A stretch of 63,983 bases of DNA, the filler included, from Vannella sp. (lineage: Eukaryota), in the NCBI GenBank assembly GCA_023345925.1. It is 7 parts of 7 records of this genome, joined end to end, with 100 filler letters (N's around TTAATTAATTAA, not from the genome) between each part and the next. Parts side by side here need not be neighbours in the genome. Positions count along the whole stretch, not along the records: positions 22,027 to 30,398 come from JAJQQN010001446.1; positions 30,499 to 45,042 come from JAJQQN010000305.1; 5 more parts are not named here. One strand, 5' to 3'. Positions 23,654 through 34,195 of the stretch are shown here, one piece after another (within the stretch, counting starts at the first letter, position 1; each line of letters begins with the position of its first letter). The notes under the pieces are model-generated. The model saw only the letters and a program-made list of their open reading frames with translations, was not told the origin of the DNA and made no database searches. Made by a program: the position numbers and the translations under genes.

Positions 23654-24390
23654 ATGGCGGCGGCACCTGGCGGAGCGGTTTTGTCGCGGGACGAGATTTT
23701 GGCGTCGATGGCGTCGGGGTGAGGGATTGGGAAGGTGATGGGGTGGAGGAGTGCTGACTGGGAGGTAGGGATATCAAGATTACTCCGTTTGATCCCACGG
23801 CAATCTCTTGTGCAAGGTGGGAGCCAGAGAGTGGCCAGGGGACGGTCGACTGACACTACCCGGGTTGTAGCATTGACTTGACCCTGAGTAATGAGTTCCG
23901 CTACTACCAGCCCGGCTTGGAGATCGTTGACATTCGCGAGGACACTGATTACATGGACATTACGACTCGCAAGACTCTAAAGGAGGGTGAAAGCTTCCTT
24001 CTCCTTCCTGGGTGTGCTTGTCTGGGCATCACGGAGGAGACTGTGGAGTTGTCCTCGAATCTTTGTGGCCTTCTTGGTGGGTTCGCTCTTGTGTGGCGCC
24101 TACCAGGACTGATGAGCGGTTCTAGAGGGTCGTAGTCGCTTTGCTCGTCTTGGCTTGTTCGTGCACATCACTGCGGGCTTCATGAACCCCGGGATCCGCA
24201 ACCGCCAAGTGTTGGAGATCTACAACGCCTCTTCTGTATGTCTGGGCTGTCCCCTTTTTGGAGTGTTTTCTCACTAGTGATGTAGCATCCACTTGCTTTA
24301 CACCCAGGAACGAAGATCTGCCAGTTCATCTTCCTCCGAATGTCCGGGTCGGCGACGTACCAGGGCAAGTTCGCGGCGCAGGACCTGTAG
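23654..24390 (+). CDS. dcd: dCTP deaminase (trimeric dUTPase superfamily), five exons
   Basis: Spliced product: VLSRDEIL...ASIDLTL...GITEETVELSSNLCGLLEGRSRFARLGLFVHITAGFMNPG...VLEIYN...PGTKICQFIF...YQGKF. Confidence 0.88.
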
Positions 24391-24438
24391 AGGGCTTTCC
24401 AAGCCATTCAGTACGCTTTAAAGCTGTATTAAGAGGCT

Positions 24439-26256
24439 TTAGTACTTCCAGAAGTTCGGTTGGCCGATCACAAGAGCCAGAAGCTCGTTGTAAGGGCGGA
24501 AGAAGCCTTCTAACTTCTCTCTGAACTCAGGGCGCATTGGTGGGTACTTGGCTTTGAGCTTTTCTGTCTCATCGTGACTGATCGACAGTCCACGAGGTCC
24601 GGGGGCGGCTTGATCGGGGCGGGGGTTGAAGATGTTGTAAGCTTTCTGTCCGATGAAAGACCAATCGAAGGGCGCTTCCTCTAACGTGTTGATAGACAAG
24701 AACTCGACCACTTCTTGAACCACTGTGGCTGGGTCCTTGTAGAGACGCTCTGAAGGGAGGATCAATAGACGCTCTTGGGGGAAGACCTCGACCCATTCTC
24801 GTAGTTGGAAGGCGTAGAGGCTATTACGAACAGCCATATCATTGCACTGAAGTGGTGTGCGACGCTGAGCCGTTGGCATAGTCACTGCAGGGCGACAAAG
24901 CCCGAAGTAGGAGCCTCCCGGTTGGCACCGAGGGTCGTCTACAACAACCCGTCGGAGCATCATCGATGTCTTGTGATAGCAGTCCTCCAGGTCATGGAAG
25001 GGATCTTCAGTGGATCGCACGTGGCTATCCGTCACGTTAATGTCGGTGAGGCCGCAATGATTGAGGATGGCGAACTCCTGAAGGGCACAATCCTCGAAGA
25101 GCTTGTTCTGGGTCGTAAAGTTGATATGTGCCATCTCCGAGTGCGTCTGTAGAGCCAATCTTGGAAGCGTGAGCACTGCGGAGGAGGGAATGGGGAGGTA
25201 AAGCATCTCACTTGAACCAGTGTTCCGAGTACATTCGGTCGATGGGGTCACGTAGGAGGATAACGTTACGTACAAACGGGAGCATCTTGTTGATTCGACG
25301 AGCAATATCGGTTTGGCACTAGTCCAGGAATGAGTGTCAGTGGCCCACTGAAAGTGACTTACAATATACATGGGAGAAGACTCTCCTGTTACCATGTGGC
25401 TAGTAGGAGTTATCTCCGGGAACACAGAGAGATACTGTTCGAGAGCAACACTGGCCCCGTGCTTGCTCGTGAGAAGAGAGAATGTGGGGTCGTTGAAGAA
25501 GCGAACTTCCTTATCGGCTAGAACTGGTTTGCCTGCCAGCCGGGGGGACTCTACCAGAGGTAGAACGTGAGGGTGATTCAGTAGGTAAGCAAAGAGTGAT
25601 GTAGTGCCTGACTTCATTGCTCCAGCAATGATATAATGAGGAGCACAGCTTGTTCGCCCTGCCGGGATATAACATGTCTCTGACAGCCGCAGGCCTGCTG
25701 GCACTTCTATACGATCTGAGAGGTACTCTTGGGGCTCTAATGACCGTGGGTGATGCGGCGGGAAGGGCTCGTGACCGAGATTTTGGAAGGCGGGGTCTTT
25801 GTTGAGTTCCGCCTGCTCGAGGAACGGGCGGTAGTCCAAGTGTGGCGCGTTTCCATCCGTATTGGCTGGTGCAGGTCTGACGATGTTGTTCTGCCCCTGG
25901 AGACGAGTGGCATCCTCCTTCTTGCGCACTTGAAGGTAACCCACGTCCCCGTTGCTGAGTTGGAAGATGGGTAGTCCCAGCTCATCCACAGAGAGTATCG
26001 TAGCACCTTGCATAGCATCGTTCAGTTCTACCCACTCGACTGCGTTGGCGGACGTGCGACTGGCGATCGGATACAAAACCTTCCCTTCCGGTGTCTGGAA
26101 GATCGGCAGCCCGCTTGCGCTCTCCCCAATCACCTTGTTCCCTGCCCCTTGTGCGCCAGCACCTCTATTAGGTATCTGCGCCTCGTTGGGAAGGAGTTGT
26201 CCCTCCGCCCATAGGACAACGATCAACAGCACCAGCACCGCCCGTACCGCTCCCAT
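24439..26256 (-). CDS. Secretory-pathway PAPS-dependent sulfotransferase (heparan-sulfate 3-O/N-sulfotransferase-like)
   Basis: 5'-PSB motif IIAGAMKSGTTSL, KEVRFF, TGESSPMY, LLRDPIDRMYS in a middle exon and LEGFFRPYNELL. N-terminal hydrophobic anchor. The listed ORF reads through two frame-compensating introns. Confidence 0.8.
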   Translation of the reverse strand: MGAVRAVLVLLIVVLWAEGQLLPNEAQIPNRGAGAQGAGNKVIGESASGLPIFQTPEGKVLYPIASRTSANAVEWVELNDAMQGATILSVDELGLPIFQLSNGDVGYLQVRKKEDATRLQGQNNIVRPAPANTDGNAPHLDYRPFLEQAELNKDPAFQNLGHEPFPPHHPRSLEPQEYLSDRIEVPAGLRLSETCYIPAGRTSCAPHYIIAGAMKSGTTSLFAYLLNHPHVLPLVESPRLAGKPVLADKEVRFFNDPTFSLLTSKHGASVALEQYLSVFPEITPTSHMVTGESSPMYIVSHFQWATDTHSWTSAKPILLVESTRCSRLYVTLSSYVTPSTECTRNTGSSEMLYLPIPSSAVLTLPRLALQTHSEMAHINFTTQNKLFEDCALQEFAILNHCGLTDINVTDSHVRSTEDPFHDLEDCYHKTSMMLRRVVVDDPRCQPGGSYFGLCRPAVTMPTAQRRTPLQCNDMAVRNSLYAFQLREWVEVFPQERLLILPSERLYKDPATVVQEVVEFLSINTLEEAPFDWSFIGQKAYNIFNPRPDQAAPGPRGLSISHDETEKLKAKYPPMRPEFREKLEGFFRPYNELLALVIGQPNFWKY

Positions 26257-26368
26257 GGCCACGTGGAGGACAAAATGTGACATCAGGGTGCTTCCTGTTC
26301 GACGCACGATGTGAGAGGAGCCTTCTACAGGGTCGATGAAAATGGGCGGGAAAGTGTCATTTGATGAG

Positions 26369-27003
26369 ATGAACAGCCTGGAGGAGTATACGAGCTTTGC
26401 TGCGACCATTGTGGACTTGCTGAGGGATGGAGAGGAGCTGGCGACGATCGAGAACATCAAGAGTGCTGTGAGGGAGGCTCAACAAGTACACAAAGAGGAG
26501 CGTCTTCAGTTTGCAGGGGAGATTAGTCGGTTGGTGGCCCAGCTGGAGCGTGTGGAGCAACAAGCGCAACGAAGTGAATCGAAAGAGGCCTTTGAGGCCA
26601 AGTTTGAGGGCTCTTCGAAGGAGCATCAACTTGCTCTTCGCAATATCTCCAGCCTGCAAGAGGCCCGCCTCCTTGTGCAGCAACAGATCAACGAGATAAA
26701 GCAGTCGCCTACTCTCAAAGCTCGCCGAGCTCAGTTAGCTCAACTGCAGAAGGCGCAAGAGCTCTCCGAGTAAGTCACCACCCCCCTATCTTCCTACCTA
26801 CTCACTGCCTTCCCTCCTTCTTCAGCCAGACTGTCCGTCTATACATGAACATCTTCCGTAGTCTCCATTGGGACTACGAGCACACAGACCGGAGCAAAGG
26901 GTTCATCCTTTCCCACCCTGACCAGCCGCCACTCCCTTTTGACCTCTCAGGAGACAGCAGCAGCGTGGCAGACGAGCTCTGGGCCATGCTGGGAGCCCAA
27001 TAA
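26369..27003 (+). CDS. SPC24: Kinetochore Ndc80-complex subunit Spc24
   Basis: Coiled-coil first exon. Exon 2 reads VRLYMNIFRSLHWDYE...KGFI...PFDL...VADELWAML, matching the Spc24 RWD-like C-terminus. Alternative ATGs at 26336 and 26342. Confidence 0.7.
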
Positions 27004-27094
27004 ACAGTCCATTCGCTGGATGAACGGGGAAGGGCGCAACGCTCGCGTGTCGCGCGTCATCAAACCAACTCCTTCGGCGGATGTTCGCTTGGAG

Positions 27095-29769
27095 ATGGAG
27101 CATGAGGAGGTGGAGAGAGGGACGGACTTTGTCGTGCTCATCGCCTTCTCGGAGGTGGAGGGGCCTTGTGTGCTGAGGATAGAGCCGGAGGCCCAACGGC
27201 AGTTCGACAAGAAGGCTTTTGCGTTGAAGATCATGTCTGTGGACTTGCACAACCAGAACACTACACAGCTCTTTCTTACAGACAGCCAGTCGGTCCTTAC
27301 GGAGGGTGCGCTTCGATGTTATGTAGGTTTGGGAGGGGGCGCGAGCAATTGGGGCTTACTGGAGTGGTAGGTCCATCATAGCTTCTTCTTAGACCTTCGA
27401 GCACGTGGTTATGCTCGTCCTCTCAGCTTCAGTTACATCACATCGGACGAGGACAAGATAATGGACCACTTTGTCGAGTTCATGGGCGAGTTCACCCACG
27501 TTGCCAACATTCTTCGGCACGGGAACCATCAAATCTTCATACAGGAGCTGGAGGATCAACTAGACCATCTCGAAGTCCTCTTGGAAAGGGCTCCACCACC
27601 CCCAAAAGCCCCTTCCAAGACTACTTTAGCTCCTCAAGACTTTCCTGAGGATACTCTGCCCCTCTCTGAGCCCCATTCTGAAGAAGCATCTCAGGGAAGT
27701 GATACTCAGTTGGCTCAAGTACCGGAGGGCAAAGTCGAATCACAAGAGGCTGGGGATTCTGCCACTGACACGGAGCCAGCTCTTCCCCAGGACGAGCCTG
27801 ACATGCGGCTTCCACAGCTTCAACTCACACGCAATGTCTCCATCGAGTTATCGAGAGCGCCAAGGACAGGGAAACAGGAGGAGAAGCGAGACGACGTTTC
27901 GGGGATTGGCAGAGCAATGGCCAATAAGTCCCACAGAGTGTCTCGTAGTTACTCAGAGCCTGTTCGACCATCTAGCGAAGAGAATGGTCCAGAGAATAGC
28001 ACAAAGGCAGTGGAATCCATCGGGATCCTGCGCGGTCACATTGCTCGTGCCAAAGCCTTTTACGAGCGGGAAGAGCAGCCGGGGCCCAATTTAGCGATTG
28101 GAGAGCTAGTTCATGCTCTTTCCACTTCAAAGGACCTGAAGCAGGAGCTCCACTTGGCTCTGTTAGAGAAGAGAGCGAACAACAGAGCAGAACTTCGAGA
28201 TTTCCCGATCATTTGCGGAGAAGAGGCTTACAACTTTGGACTGAAACGGATTGAGAGGATCCGCGCCCAGTTCTCGCGGCATACGGAGGTCCTTAGCTTG
28301 GAGGAGGAAGAATTGAGCGTTTCTGTTCCTCTCTCCACGCTACTGACGATGGGAAAGTTCCCCGTTTTGAACTTCAATTGGGAGCATGAGCTGTCCCCAA
28401 AGAACTTCCTCCAATTCCCTCATCTCTCGATTGGAGCTCCAGCACAGATTCCGGCTGAGCAATCGGACGTGGTGCTGGAGGAGGGCAGCGCGAATGACAG
28501 GGAGGAGGATTCAGAAGGCTTTTCTGAGGACGAGCATGATTCAGAGGGTTCGCCTTCTAGTTTTAGTGAGACCTCTCCTTCAATACCTGGCCAAGGTAGG
28601 AAGCTCGAAGGGCGGATTGCTTTTCAAATCGATTGACTCTTCCTTAGATCAACCAACACACAATGTTCTGGTTTGTAGGGAGTCCCATGTACCTCAAAAC
28701 ACCTGCAGTGGGAGATTGTATGATCCTCTATACCCCCGCCGACTACCCACTGCTTCTGAATTTGGAGTGTGAGTTCAATCACCATTCACTCTGAAATGAG
28801 ACTGAATAGTGGCCAGAATTGAGCTTGAGAGTTCCTCTTCTGCGTTATGGGGAGAAAGCGCTCTCTATGCGGGACAAGGACTCTTTCAAATTCGCCATCG
28901 GCACAGCTTTCTCCCTCAATTGGTCTATTCATTGCTTATTGGGAGAACTGTGGTCATCTGCGCTATCCCAACAAACCGAAGGTTTGTCAGATGGACTCCA
29001 TTTTAGTGTTCTACTAACCCTCTGTAGTCAATTGTCTGTACTTCTGCGAGCGCTGAGCATTTTCATTCCTGGTTGCTGGAGGAAGAATCTCCTTTGTGAA
29101 TGGCAGACGACTCCGTTGAGGGTAACTGACCTTAGTTCTTACAAGCTCATTGGATTGGCCAAAGGGCCTCAATCTTCTGGTTCCCACGCGTTTGAGTCAC
29201 TGAGAAAGTACATCACTCTCATGGACTTTGACGATAACATCCTTTGGACGCCTCCTTTCAAGTCCAGCTTTATTGAGAATGTCTTATTGCCTCCAAAGAG
29301 GAACTTTACGGAGGAATCCAGCTTCTTAGCTTACATTCATTGCGAGCTCTTCACATTGGCAAGCAAAGCGTCTCTGTATTATCAAATGTGTTGCGTTGGA
29401 ATTGTGATGGCGGGACCAAGCGAGCCTAACCAGCGACCTCCTCTCACTACAATGACGAATGAGGAAATCTTGAGAAAGTTTTGCCCATCTGCGCCTGTGA
29501 ACTCAGCCGAAGGGGTTCGGGCTCATCCTTTTGACTTCTCAATGCTATCGCAGCTTCCCTCGACTTTGCGCGAAAACAGCCGACTTCTCTTTGCTCAAGC
29601 TGTCAAAGGAGTATTGGATGCCTCCGACATGCCCTTGGTGGAAGCCTTAGCTGAAGTTATTAAAGAACAACAGGCCACAGAACTCAACGAATTGGACAGC
29701 AGGTTTCCCATTTTACGACTTTTCGAGATGCCCACAGAAAGAGTGACCAACCAAACTAAGAAAACGTGA
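27095..29769 (+). CDS. SMCR8: SMCR8 (folliculin-like DENN; C9orf72 complex subunit)
   Basis: FVVLIAFSEVEGP, FALKIMSVD and VHHSFFLDLRARGYARPLSFSYITSDEDKIM match the SMCR8 uDENN region. Later exons contain LVYSLLIGRTVVI. Confidence 0.8.
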
Positions 29770-30398
29770 ACTTCTCATTCTTCCTCTTTATTTGCGATCA
29801 TTCCATTCTGGTTGGACTTTCAGTTCTTGTCACAATCTCCATCACGCACTTGACTGTCAATTTGAAAGGGCAGAAGGGACCAGATCTTCAAAGCGCAGTT
29901 TCCTAGCGCAAAGAAACTGCTTTTTTCGATTGCATTAGGATGATCTATGAAGAGTTTGAAGCTGGATTATCTTTTGAACTTGATTCGGAAAGGTTGGGGC
30001 TGAAAAAAGTTGGATCGTTGGGCCATGCAAGCTTGGAAGGAGGACAAGCTCCACCTTGAGATGGTAGTGGATTTTGACCCTCTCGTTCCCTTACTCGAAT
30101 AGGGCAGGTGCTGCTGATTACAACTGGTTATAAAGACAGTGACAATGATTGACACATCCCCAGAACATCGATGGGAGCCCGAGACTACCGAAGCGCCCCT
30201 CCATGAAAACCCATCAATTAGTTCCTTACCGATCATGATCCATTGCGATCCATTTGAAACTACTTGAGAAAGAGTTGTTATTCCCTCGAAGCCAAATCGT
30301 CGAGTGGGCCACCAAAGCCAATAGCAATTTGGGTGCGGAAGGCAAGGAGGGGCTCGCTGTGGTGCTGTCAGTTTGCTGTTCATGTTTGCTGTTCATGT

Positions 30399-30498
30399 NN
30401 NNNNNNNNNNNNNNNNNNNNNNNNNNNNNNNNNNNNNNNNNNTTAATTAATTAANNNNNNNNNNNNNNNNNNNNNNNNNNNNNNNNNNNNNNNNNNNN
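30399..30498. other. Artificial contig linker
   Basis: N44-TTAATTAATTAA-N44. Confidence 0.98.
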
Positions 30499-30723
30499 GA
30501 TGACTCCGCCATCATCTCCCGTTTGACAGAGCGCGACCTCCATCCCGTCACCTTTGCCGAGGGACTGGAATGCTCAAAGCAGATCCACGCAACAAAGTAT
30601 ATCGAATGCTCCGCTTACACACAGCAGGGCTTGAAGAACGTCTTCGACGAAGCCATCCGCTCGGTGATCGCTCCTCCATCTTCCAAACCCATCAAAAAGA
30701 AGGCTCCTTGCTCCCTTTTATAA
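30499..30723 (+). CDS. Rac-family GTPase, C-terminal fragment
   Basis: KYIECSAYTQQGLKNVFDEAIRSV, a polybasic tail and CAAX box CSLL. Confidence 0.9.
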   Translation, partial: DDSAIISRLTERDLHPVTFAEGLECSKQIHATKYIECSAYTQQGLKNVFDEAIRSVIAPPSSKPIKKKAPCSLL

Positions 30724-31083
30724 ACTTGTTCATTCATTTGTCTTCTGTTGGCTCTAAATGGCTCGTGCGAGACCAGAAGACCTTCCTATTGGCGCGACAA
30801 AGTTCTTCTCGGGAGAGGTCCTCAGGAGGTACCACGATCGCAACCAGCGAGTTCAGGAGGAGCTCACAAAATCAGCTCTGGTTCTGTTTCACCTGGGATG
30901 GGTTGGTGGGAGCGGTGTCGTGCTTGATCAAGCCCTTCTGAGTCCCAATCTTCTTCTGTGCTGGATCTGCCCTATTGGTGGGCTCCAGACTATCTAGTCA
31001 AAAGTATGTTGGAAGATCTCTTGAGTCCCTCCAAGCCCCTGAGTCTCAGTGTCGCAGCTCGGCTCGCAGGTTCGCTCGTGACG

Positions 31084-31164
31084 TTATACTGAAGAGATGG
31101 AGGTCATTCGGGCGAGCTACGCAAATACGAGTTCTGCCCCCCTCTTCCCCTTCACTCGTGGATT
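31084..31164. repeat. Dispersed intergenic repeat, partial inverted copy 2
   Basis: TTATACTGAAGAGATGGAGGTCATTCGGGCGAGCTACGCAAATACGAGTTCTGCCC is the reverse complement of the 5' part of copies 1 and 3, with a few substitutions. Confidence 0.85.
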
Positions 31165-31536
31165 TTCTCGAGGCTCCAGATCTTGAAACAGGTCAATCAG
31201 GGTGGTTGAATCAGTTTCGGTACGACAATGATCATGGAAAAACTTGGTGCGAACGCGTAACATCATAATGCCTTCCAACCGGTCTAATGCGAGGAACGGG
31301 AGGAAACGGGAAAGACTTATTCCCACAGCGAGAGTTGCAGATGTACGGGGCATGGCTGTAGTTGATGACCCACGAAGAAAATGGCCATACCCATTACGTA
31401 ATAATGGTATTATGTGATTATTACATCATTTTGTCGTGGTTTCCACACCATTTCCAGGTTCATTGGCCAATCAGGAATAAAGCCGACCAACGTTGCTTTC
31501 GCTTCCCATTTTCTCATTTTTCTCTGGCTGCCCAAC

Positions 31537-32019
31537 ATGATGCTCCGAACCCTCTCCTTCGCTTTGTGTGGTAAGTGGTACCATTACTTTTGGCGATGTG
31601 CTGAGTGTCTTGATGTAGTCTGCTTGGTGAGCGCAACATTCTTTGAGCCTCCTCCTTTTTCCGGTACTTGCGAATACAAAGCGTACAATCAAATTGTTAG
31701 CTTTTCACAGAGCGCTACCGTCTACCTCCCATTCCCTCATGGCGCCCAGTACATGTTCCTCCGCTTCTTTGGAGCGAATCTCTCCGACAATGGGAGCCTC
31801 GCGGACAACACCAACAATCAAACCAGAACTACTAAGACTTGTGGCATTGTGTGTGGTCTCTGCTTCCCGGTTATTCCCCTTGATGGGGTTTGGGTCTCTT
31901 CTTCGACTGTTTCTTTCCGTTATGACAAAGTTTCATCAAAGGCTTGCACTACCATTGCGCCTGGTGGTCCCTCCACCCTCCCTCAGTATGAGATCCAGTG
32001 GTTGGCCTTCTGCAAATAA
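31537..32019 (+). CDS. Small secreted Cys-containing protein of unknown function
   Basis: Removing the in-frame 48-nt intron 31571-31618 (GTAAGT...TGTAG) gives signal peptide MMLRTLSFALCVCLVSA followed by a beta-rich-looking domain of about 125 aa. Confidence 0.55.
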   Translation: MMLRTLSFALCGKWYHYFWRCAECLDVVCLVSATFFEPPPFSGTCEYKAYNQIVSFSQSATVYLPFPHGAQYMFLRFFGANLSDNGSLADNTNNQTRTTKTCGIVCGLCFPVIPLDGVWVSSSTVSFRYDKVSSKACTTIAPGGPSTLPQYEIQWLAFCK

Positions 32020-32629
32020 GACTAAAAGATCGTGAGGCTTCACGGACCTTTTTTCTTATCGCCTTCCCCGCTGCGCACCACTCTCCATGCGGGCTGATCC
32101 CGCGGCCTGGTTCGATAGTCTCAGAGGCCCCGTCCTTTATTCGCTATGCCTTTGAGAATCATGCTCACAAGTGAACGAGTGGTAGTAGTTCCTCCCTTCT
32201 ACTCACCATCTGCCACTTGGGTCCTGGGAGTGATCTGGTACGTCCAGCTTCTTCATTTTTCTATGCCACTTACTACTGTTGCAGCAGCCGCCCAGTGCCC
32301 CACGCTGGATGATGTGGAATGGTTCGACAGCCGCAGAAACCCTGTCGACGTCCACAATGAGATTTACGAGAATATCGTAGGCTCTATCGTGATGCATATC
32401 ATCTTGCTCTCAAGATTCCACGAGGAGGCTACTGCTGATGAGAATGCTTCCAAACTATTCGACGGAAGTCACTGCTGCCTCCCGTATCGGTGTGGGCTTC
32501 CTGACCGAGTACGAGTGGAAGCTCTAAATTGATCAAAAGTCTTTGGATATAGAACCTGACGTGAAGATCTCCTCTCTGAGGATACTCGGCTCTCTGGCCG
32601 AATCCAGCAGCGCCTCGAGCGTGTAACAT

Positions 32630-34011
32630 GGCTTGTGTTGTTCCATTGATTTGGTCTTGTGTTTGTGCAGATCCCTCCCGTTTAGGATTCCTGGGATCAG
32701 ATCTTTGTTTCAGCCAAATCTACTTGGACCAATATCCTCTCTCGTTGATCCCGTCGTGAAGGGCCGCATTCTTATCGATCATCCTCTCTATGCCACCTCA
32801 ATGGGCAAGATTGACTCTGAAGGATAGGAATTGGTAATTTTGGTGATGATTTGAAGATCTGCAGAACCTCTGGAGCCCAGATTACAACTTGGTTTGAGTG
32901 TCAGGGGTCAGCAAGCTTTTTGTCAGCAAAGGCATCTACAAAGGGTACACTTCAATATTTACATTCCAAATGGACTGACTCTTGAAACAGGATCGACGGA
33001 GTCAAGAGTCGTTTGTGCAATTAAGGAAATGATTTGGGGATCTCCGAACTGAACGTAGACAGTTTTAAAGATTTCCTGCATGAGATTGTTCTTCTGAAGT
33101 GAGTGTTTTGTAACTCTTATCAGTCCATTACATGCCCTGACCAGCATAAAAGCCACTTAAATCACGTCAATATCGTTCGACTTCAATTGGAGTTTCTCCT
33201 TCTGAGGATCAATCCCGACTTTTGCTCGTCACTGAACTAATGGAGCGCGGAAGTCTTGGAGATCTCATTAAGAAGAAACAGCTTTCTTGGCTAGTTAAGC
33301 TAAGACTCGCAATCGGAGGTGCTAAAGGAGTGTGAGTTAAGCTGTCAGTTTCCCACGTGTCTTACTGTTACAGCGCTCATTTACAAGAAGAAACTGATTC
33401 ACCGAGATCTGAAACCTGATAACCTTCTAGTGAACAAAGGATAGATTTGTAAAGTAGCTGACTTTGGAATCTCTGTCGTTCGACCAACTGTGACTCGGCA
33501 AATGACCTGTATCGGAACTCCAGGTGTGTTCTTACTGAATTATGTATGGAGACGTGCCGCTTACTTCTCTTGCAGCTTACATGGCTCCTGAAGTACTTTT
33601 GAAAGAAAAGTATTCAGAAAAGGCGGATGTTTACTCCTTTGCTATGGTCCTGTATGAACTTTTTAGTTCCCACCGACCCTATTCTCTCCCACCGCATGAC
33701 CAGTTGAACATTGCGCTACTGAATTCTGCGAAGGAGAGCGTCCACGAACAGATGTCATTGACTCTCCTAAGATGATCATTCTCATAGAAGAGTGCTGGAA
33801 TCAAGATTCAGGCCTTCGCCCAGATTTTAAGGAAATCATCAGTCGCCTGGAACGTCTGAAGATTGAAGATGCTCCTTCAACCCAAAACTCTTCCTTCGAG
33901 ATTTCTACCAATAACACGAAACTTGACTTGATAGAATGCGTTCCGTTGGTTAAGGCGGCGTTAGATTCATATTCATCTTACCACTCTGAGCTGTGGGCTA
34001 AGCAGGAGTGA
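32630..34011 (+). pseudogene. Degraded receptor-like TKL protein kinase
   Basis: Kinase motifs occur in order (VSKGIYKG, CAIKEM, HVNIV, LVTELMERGSL, HRDLKPDNLLV, KVADFG, GTP/YMAPE, DVYSFAMVLYEL, IEECWNQDSGLRPDF). They are broken by several frameshifts and an in-frame TAG at 33442-33444, and the introns are retained. Confidence 0.8.
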
Positions 34012-34195
34012 CCACAAGCGCTGCTCCGCAACACCGTTGCCCAAGAAACGCAAATCGCTTAATCCTCTCTGGGCGATGCCTGACCTTCAATCAAATAAAC
34101 CGGATATTAACCGGTTACGAGGGGAATTTAGAGCCACTTTTCATCAGATCGCTTTGGTTCAGCTAAATGGCAATTCTGTGCCATTTCCTGTTGTC

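Noticed and set aside
29770..30398. Possible gene or remnant at the end of contig 3, including a GCAGTTTC/GAAACTGC hairpin
   Set aside because: No coherent spliced ORF or recognisable motif could be assembled.
33442..33444. In-frame TAG in a kinase as evidence of stop-codon reassignment or readthrough
   Set aside because: The same gene has several frameshifts, and TAG, TAA and TGA all terminate intact genes elsewhere in the window.
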